Shown: piece by piece, positions 58,890 through 64,000 of the stretch
Layout of the letters: the number at the start of each line of letters is the position of its first letter
Position numbering within the stretch: the first letter of the stretch is position 1
From: Candidatus Latescibacterota bacterium
GTDB lineage: Bacteria > Latescibacterota > UBA2968 > UBA8231
NCBI GenBank assembly: GCA_965243025.1
Contig: CBDETY010000003.1
Span: 4,064,001-4,128,000 of the forward strand
Length of the DNA stretch: 64,000 nt
Direction: 5' to 3'
The notes under the pieces: generated by a model
What the model was told of the DNA's origin: nothing
The model's database searches: none
What the model saw: only the letters and a program-made list of their open reading frames with translations
Made by a program: the position numbers and the translations under genes

Positions 58890-60527
58890 TCACGGGAGCG
58901 ACCTCGGAATCTCCTCTTCTTCCTTCGTCATCACCTCGATCACCGCCGGCCGGCCCTCGCGGTTGGCGGCGATGCCGCGGCGCAGGGCGGCCCCGACCTC
59001 TTCCGGGTCGTCGACCCGTTCCGCGTACGCCCCGAGCGCCGCGCTGACCGCGGCGTAGTCTCCCCCCAGGCGGTTGCTGCCCCAGCGTTCCGTCGCCAGC
59101 GGCATGTGCTCGTGGTAGTGGGTCATCACGCCGTTGTTCAGCACCACCGTGAGGATCGGTATCCCGGCGCGGGCCGCGGTCTCGATGTCGAGGCCGGCCA
59201 TGCCGAAGGCGGCGTCCCCCATGACGTTGACGACCTGCTTGTCCGGGGCCGCGAGCTTGGCCCCGAGGGCGAGGCCGAGGCCGTACCCGAGCTGCGTCGA
59301 CTTGCCCCAGCCCATGTAGCTGCGCGGCGTCGTCGACTGCCAGAAGGGGGCGAGCTGATCGCGGGGAAACCCGGAGTCGTGGGTGATGATGGTATTGGCG
59401 ACGTCGACCGCCGAGGCGATCTCGGTGAAGACGCGGTAGGGGCTGACCGGCACCTCGTTCGAGGTCAGGCGCGGTTTCCACTCCGCCATGAAGCCCGCCT
59501 GAATGCGGGCGATCTCCCCGGCGACCCCGAAGGAATCCCGCCCCTGCTCGCCGAACTGCCGCTTCGCTTCCTCGATCGCCTGCAGCAGGACCAGCCGGGC
59601 GTCGCCCACGGCGCCGTAGCTGACGGCATGGTACTTGTTGACGTCCTCGAGGCAGTTGGTGATCTGCGCCAGCACCGGCCCTTCGGGTATCGCCGCGTTG
59701 AGATTGGCCGGGGTGAAGCTGGTGCCGACCCCGAGGATGAAGTCCGCGTTCGCGAGAAAACGGCCGGCCATGTCGGTTCCGGAGCTGCCGTAGTACCCCA
59801 GCGACAGGGGGTGGTCCTCGGGAAAGCCGCTCTTGCCGGCCAGCGTCATCATCACCGGCACCGCGGCCAGCTCGGCGAAACGGGCCAGCTCCTCGCTGGC
59901 CTCCGCCCAGAGCACGCCGTGGCCGGCGATGATCATCGGCCGCTCCGCCTTGCCCAGGGCGGCCACCAGGTCGCGCACGTCCTCGGAAGCCGCGGCGGAC
60001 CTGAGCCTGGCGACCGGGGTGTACTCCAGCTCGCCCGGGAACTCCTCGAGGCCGACGTCGCGCAGGATCTCGAGCAGCACCGGCGCGGGGCGGCCGTTCT
60101 TGAGCAGGGTGAAGGCGCGGCGCATCAGCTCGGGAACCCGGGTGACGAGGTTGATCTCGGCCGCCCACTTGGTGATCAGCCGGTAGTTCTCCACCGACTC
60201 GAAGTGGGGGTGCACCTGGGTCCGCTGCCGCGACTGCCCCCCCGGCAGCAGCAGGATCGGGATCGAGTCGGCGAAGGCCTGGGCGACGCCGCCGAGGGCG
60301 TTCTCCGCGCCCGGTCCCGTCTGCATGGTGAAGACGCCGAAACGGGACTGGTTCAAAGTGCGGCTGTACCCGTCCGCCATGTTGACGCCGGTGCGCTCGT
60401 GGCGGCAGATGATCGGCCGGATCTCTTCCTCGACGAGCGCATCGATCAGCGGCTGTTCCGGAAACGCCGCGGCCCAGTCGACTCCCTCGGCCCTGAGGAT
60501 TCTTGCGATTGCGCGGTTGCCGTTCAC
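58890..60527 (-). CDS. Thiamine diphosphate-dependent enzyme (acetolactate synthase-like family)
   Basis: RHERTGVNMADGY, GPGAEN, GDAAFGM..VLNN; GTG start overlaps symporter stop. Confidence 0.9.
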   Translation of the reverse strand: MNGNRAIARILRAEGVDWAAAFPEQPLIDALVEEEIRPIICRHERTGVNMADGYSRTLNQSRFGVFTMQTGPGAENALGGVAQAFADSIPILLLPGGQSRQRTQVHPHFESVENYRLITKWAAEINLVTRVPELMRRAFTLLKNGRPAPVLLEILRDVGLEEFPGELEYTPVARLRSAAASEDVRDLVAALGKAERPMIIAGHGVLWAEASEELARFAELAAVPVMMTLAGKSGFPEDHPLSLGYYGSSGTDMAGRFLANADFILGVGTSFTPANLNAAIPEGPVLAQITNCLEDVNKYHAVSYGAVGDARLVLLQAIEEAKRQFGEQGRDSFGVAGEIARIQAGFMAEWKPRLTSNEVPVSPYRVFTEIASAVDVANTIITHDSGFPRDQLAPFWQSTTPRSYMGWGKSTQLGYGLGLALGAKLAAPDKQVVNVMGDAAFGMAGLDIETAARAGIPILTVVLNNGVMTHYHEHMPLATERWGSNRLGGDYAAVSAALGAYAERVDDPEEVGAALRRGIAANREGRPAVIEVMTKEEEEIPRSLP

Positions 60528-62422
60528 TGTCGTCCTCCCGTGCGGAAGTAGGTGTCGGTGATTGCGTCCGGTGGCGGAGGCGTCGCGCGGGCGACGAGCC
60601 AGGTGCCGGCGAAGGATACGGCGAGCCCGGCGAGGATCGGATCGAGGTTGAATATACGGACCGGCTGGAAGAAGCTGCCGTTGACGAAGATGCCGGCCGC
60701 GTACATCGCCAGGTGGGCGGCGAACCCGGCGGCCATGCCGGCGGCGCACCCCTGGACGTTGGCGCGCGGCCAGTAGAGGGCGAACACGGTCGGGCCGAGG
60801 AAACAGGCGGCCAGGCCGCTGCCGGTGTAGACGATGATATCCTGCAGGAACTGCGGCGGATCGACCGCCCCGGCCATCGCCGCGACCCCGACCAGCAGGG
60901 TGACGAGATAGCTGAGGGCCCGGATGCGGCCCTGCCCGACCCCGGGGTTGACGTTGCGCTGGTACACGTCCCGCACCAGGGCGGAGGAGATCATCAGCAG
61001 GAAGCTGTCGACCGTCGACATCACCGCGGCGAACGGGGCCGCTACCAGCAGTCCGCCGAGCCAGGCGACGCCGGCGTTCTCGGTCAGGTAGATGGCGACC
61101 GCCGGCATGATGCGGTCCGACTCGGTCTCCATCCCCGGCAGCAGGATGCGGGCGCAGCAGAAGATGATGACCAGGGGGAAGTAGATCATCGAGTAGTAGA
61201 AGGCGACGGTGACTATCGAGCGCATCAGCGTCCGCGAGCTGCGGAAGGCCATCAGCCGCACGTAGTGGGCGGGCTGCCCGGTGCCGGCGATCGCCCACAT
61301 GAAGAAGAAGGAGAACGCCAGGCTCAGCGGCAGGAAGCCGTCCGCCGAGCTGCGGCTGGGGCCGGGTCCGGAGACGTAGACTCCCGGCTGTCCGGCGCCG
61401 TGCGCGTAGGGCTCGAGGTCGAGGCCGGAGAGCAGGAGGTCGCTTTCCACGAGGCCGAGATCGGCGCTGAGGCGGGCGATCTCGCCGGGGGCGGTCACCT
61501 CGAGCAGGGAGACTTCGACCGGTTCTCCCGGGGCGGCGTCGACCGCCCGGGTGACGCGGAACAGCTCGGGTCCGCCCGAACCTTGCTCGCGGTAGATCCA
61601 GTGGCCGGAGGGGATGCGGGCGGCCTGCCGCGGCTCGGGCAGCTGCAGGGTGGCGGTGCCGATGCGCGGCGGCGTCATCTCCGCCAGCGACCGCGTCGCC
61701 TGCCGCAGGCCCCCGACCTCCCCGAGGGTCAGCGGCAGCATGATCATGACCCCTGCCACCATCGCCGCTCCCTGCAGCACGTCGGTCCAGACGACGGCGT
61801 GAAAGCCGCCGTACGTGGTGTAGAGGATGACGACGAGACCGAAGGCGGCCAGGCAGACCATGTACCCCGGATCGACGGAGCCGCCCCAGGCGCTGGCCGC
61901 CGGCGCCGCGCCGCGGGCGAGGTCCTGAAAGGCCGGCACGTCGGCGAGCAGAGTCTGGAGAATCAGGCTCCCCGCCTTGAACTGGGCGACGAGGTTGAAG
62001 GCCATGAAGAAGACGATGAGACCGGTCGCCAGCAGGCCGAAGCCGGGGCTGGCGAAGCGGTCGCGGAAGACGTCGGGGACGGTGATGGCCCCGGAGATGC
62101 GCGCCACCTGGTTCAGGCGCTTGCCGATCAGGCCCATCATGCAGATCGGCACCACCATGTAGCTGCCGATCCACAGCGCCAGGATCCAGCCGTGGGTGTA
62201 GATCTTGGAGGGGAACCCGGTGAAGCTGCCCCCCGAGGAGCTGGTCGCCGCGAAGGTCAGGGCGAAGGCCCAGACTCCGAGGCTGCGGCTGCCGAGGAAG
62301 TACTCGCCGAGGAAGCTGCGGTTCCTCAGCAGGCGGTTGGCCAGCGCCGCGAGGAAGAGGACGCCGCCGATGTAGACGAGGAACGTCCACAGGGCGGCGT
62401 TGGAACCGCCGGCGCCGGTCAA
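60524..62422 (-). CDS. Sodium:solute symporter (PanF-like)
   Basis: EYFLGSRSLG, GGFHAVVWTD.LQ, AAVMSTVDS, multiple TM helices. Confidence 0.9.
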   Translation of the reverse strand: MTGAGGSNAALWTFLVYIGGVLFLAALANRLLRNRSFLGEYFLGSRSLGVWAFALTFAATSSSGGSFTGFPSKIYTHGWILALWIGSYMVVPICMMGLIGKRLNQVARISGAITVPDVFRDRFASPGFGLLATGLIVFFMAFNLVAQFKAGSLILQTLLADVPAFQDLARGAAPAASAWGGSVDPGYMVCLAAFGLVVILYTTYGGFHAVVWTDVLQGAAMVAGVMIMLPLTLGEVGGLRQATRSLAEMTPPRIGTATLQLPEPRQAARIPSGHWIYREQGSGGPELFRVTRAVDAAPGEPVEVSLLEVTAPGEIARLSADLGLVESDLLLSGLDLEPYAHGAGQPGVYVSGPGPSRSSADGFLPLSLAFSFFFMWAIAGTGQPAHYVRLMAFRSSRTLMRSIVTVAFYYSMIYFPLVIIFCCARILLPGMETESDRIMPAVAIYLTENAGVAWLGGLLVAAPFAAVMSTVDSFLLMISSALVRDVYQRNVNPGVGQGRIRALSYLVTLLVGVAAMAGAVDPPQFLQDIIVYTGSGLAACFLGPTVFALYWPRANVQGCAAGMAAGFAAHLAMYAAGIFVNGSFFQPVRIFNLDPILAGLAVSFAGTWLVARATPPPPDAITDTYFRTGGRQ

Positions 62423-62721
62423 CTCCCCTGCTCCGGGCCGGCCGCGGACGCTTCGAGCGGGTCGTCCTCCATGAACCGGAAGCAGAACCAGACGGTGAAG
62501 GCGTTGGCGAGGATCCAGGGCGCGCCGATGCCCCAGAAGGCCCAGGAGGGAATGCCGAACATCGTGGCCGGCTCCCCGCCGGCGCCGTACCCGGTCAGGT
62601 AGCAGAAGGGAACGGCCCAGGCGAGCGCGGCGAGCCAGACCGCGAAGATCACCAGGGCCTCGCGGCGGGCGTGCAGGAAGACCGGGTCCCAGCCGCTGCG
62701 TTTGTCGGATTCGTCAGGCAT
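62419..62721 (-). CDS. DUF997/YhdT-like small membrane protein
   Basis: ARREA, GIPSWAFWG, FMEDDPL; directly upstream of the symporter. Confidence 0.8.
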   Translation of the reverse strand: MPDESDKRSGWDPVFLHARREALVIFAVWLAALAWAVPFCYLTGYGAGGEPATMFGIPSWAFWGIGAPWILANAFTVWFCFRFMEDDPLEASAAGPEQGS

Positions 62722-62952
62722 CACCGCGGGGCCTCCATCTATCGGGGATCCGCCGTAGGGCCGCGGGAAAATCGCCTTGATGGAAGGACCGGACAATCGG
62801 CGCCGGGATGGAGGCGGGCGCACAGCAGCGCCGCGGCCGTCTCCCCCCGGCAGGATGGAGCGGCGGTCCCGCCGGGCGGGATGCGCGCCGGGCGCCAGGG
62901 CTCCGGCATCCCGGAACGGGGGCCGTACCCGTGGGGGATGACGGCAGGGTAA

Positions 62953-64000
62953 TCAGCCCGTGGGGCCGCCTGCCCCGAGGCTCTCGACCAGGCGCTCGCG
63001 GATACTCTCCATCAGCTGGTAGCTGACGATCTTCTGGCCCTTGCCGTCGACGACGTAGAAGGCGTCCCTGGCGCGGTCGGCGACCGTTGTGATGATGGCG
63101 GTGTGGACGTCGAGATCGAACTCCGCCAGCAGGCTGGTGATGGCGTAGAGCACACCGACGCCGTTCTGGACGTCGGTGTCGACGACGGTGAACTCCTCGG
63201 AGACCTGGTTCTCGAAATCGATCACCGGGGTGCGCACCGGGAGGTTGCGGCGGCGGCGGAGCCAGTTCTCGCTGTACTGCCGGAACAGATCCTCGACGTC
63301 GCTGATGCCGGCGATCACCTCCTGCAGCTGCGCGGCCACCCGGTCCCGCTTCCAGTCCGGCAGCTCCGCGGTGCCGTCGACGTCGGTCACCTGGAAGACG
63401 TCGAGGGCGACGCCGTCGTCGCGGGTGTTCACCCCGGCCCGGAGGATGTCGATGTCGTGCACGGACAGCACCCCGCAGATCTTCGCCAGCAGGTGGGGCT
63501 GGTCGCGGGCGCAGACCAGCACCTCGGTGTGGCTGGGGTGGTCGACGAAGCCGGCGGCGATCCCCTGTTTGCCTTCTTCGGCGAGGAAGGCGTCGACCGC
63601 CTCGAGGTGGCGCTCGATCTCGCCGCGGCCGTACGCGGACAGGTAGCGGCCGGGGAGCGCTTCGACGTGCGCCTGGAAGGCCTTGACCTTCGAGGCGGGC
63701 CAGGAGCCGGCGATCTCCTTGAGATGGCGGTCGAGGGCCTGGCGGGCGTACTGCCGGTCCTCGAGGGTCTTCAGCCCCGACTCGAGCTGCTCCAGGGTCT
63801 TGCGGTAGAGCTCCCGGAGCAGGGCGCCGTGCCAGTCGTTCCAGGCGTCGCTGGCGACCGCGGACAGGTCGGCGTAGGAAAGCAGGTAGAGGGCGTTCAG
63901 CCAGTCGGGGTTGGCGAACCTGTCGGCGAACTCGGCGATCATGCGGTTGTCGTCGAGGTCGCGCCGCTGCGAGATCAGGACCATCTCCTGGTGGTTCTCG
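62953..64000 (-). CDS. glnD: [Protein-PII] uridylyltransferase, C-terminal part
   Basis: SQRRDL.D, LYLLSYAD, WNDW...LL.ELY, two ACT domains, RARDAFYV. Confidence 0.92.
   Translation of the reverse strand, partial: ENHQEMVLISQRRDLDDNRMIAEFADRFANPDWLNALYLLSYADLSAVASDAWNDWHGALLRELYRKTLEQLESGLKTLEDRQYARQALDRHLKEIAGSWPASKVKAFQAHVEALPGRYLSAYGRGEIERHLEAVDAFLAEEGKQGIAAGFVDHPSHTEVLVCARDQPHLLAKICGVLSVHDIDILRAGVNTRDDGVALDVFQVTDVDGTAELPDWKRDRVAAQLQEVIAGISDVEDLFRQYSENWLRRRRNLPVRTPVIDFENQVSEEFTVVDTDVQNGVGVLYAITSLLAEFDLDVHTAIITTVADRARDAFYVVDGKGQKIVSYQLMESIRERLVESLGAGGPTG

Noticed and set aside
58890-62390. 1166-aa ORF as a giant fusion protein
   Set aside because: The N-terminal half is an off-frame shadow of the symporter; the real ThDP enzyme starts at GTG 60527

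Overview
GC-rich bacterial chromosomal window in three parts. Left arm (1-15.4 kb): host-like metabolic genes (ECF sigma fragment, PHP-type metallohydrolase, GH5, gdhA, PhyH dioxygenases, several oxidoreductases), a DUF433/PIN toxin-antitoxin pair and an orphan MazE. Right arm (56.9-64 kb): two PhyH dioxygenases, a ThDP enzyme, a Na+/solute symporter with DUF997 partner, and the glnD 3' end. Centre (about 15.5-56.9 kb): a visibly less GC-rich run of about 50 short, unrelated genes, all but one on the minus strand. They are separated by 75-100 bp attC-like palindromes (YAACGTY...GTT) and headed by a divergent tyrosine-recombinase pseudogene. This is an integron-like cassette array, but the recombinase remnant lacks the IntI-specific signature. 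The sites are branched and their core triplet co-varies (GTT/AAC, GAT/ATC, GTC/GAC). Two multi-cassette blocks appear to be circularly permuted, i.e. opened inside an attC. The integrase looks dead and the sites erode with distance from it. No rRNA, tRNA or CRISPR array was seen. All calls are by-eye motif recognition; no searches were run.
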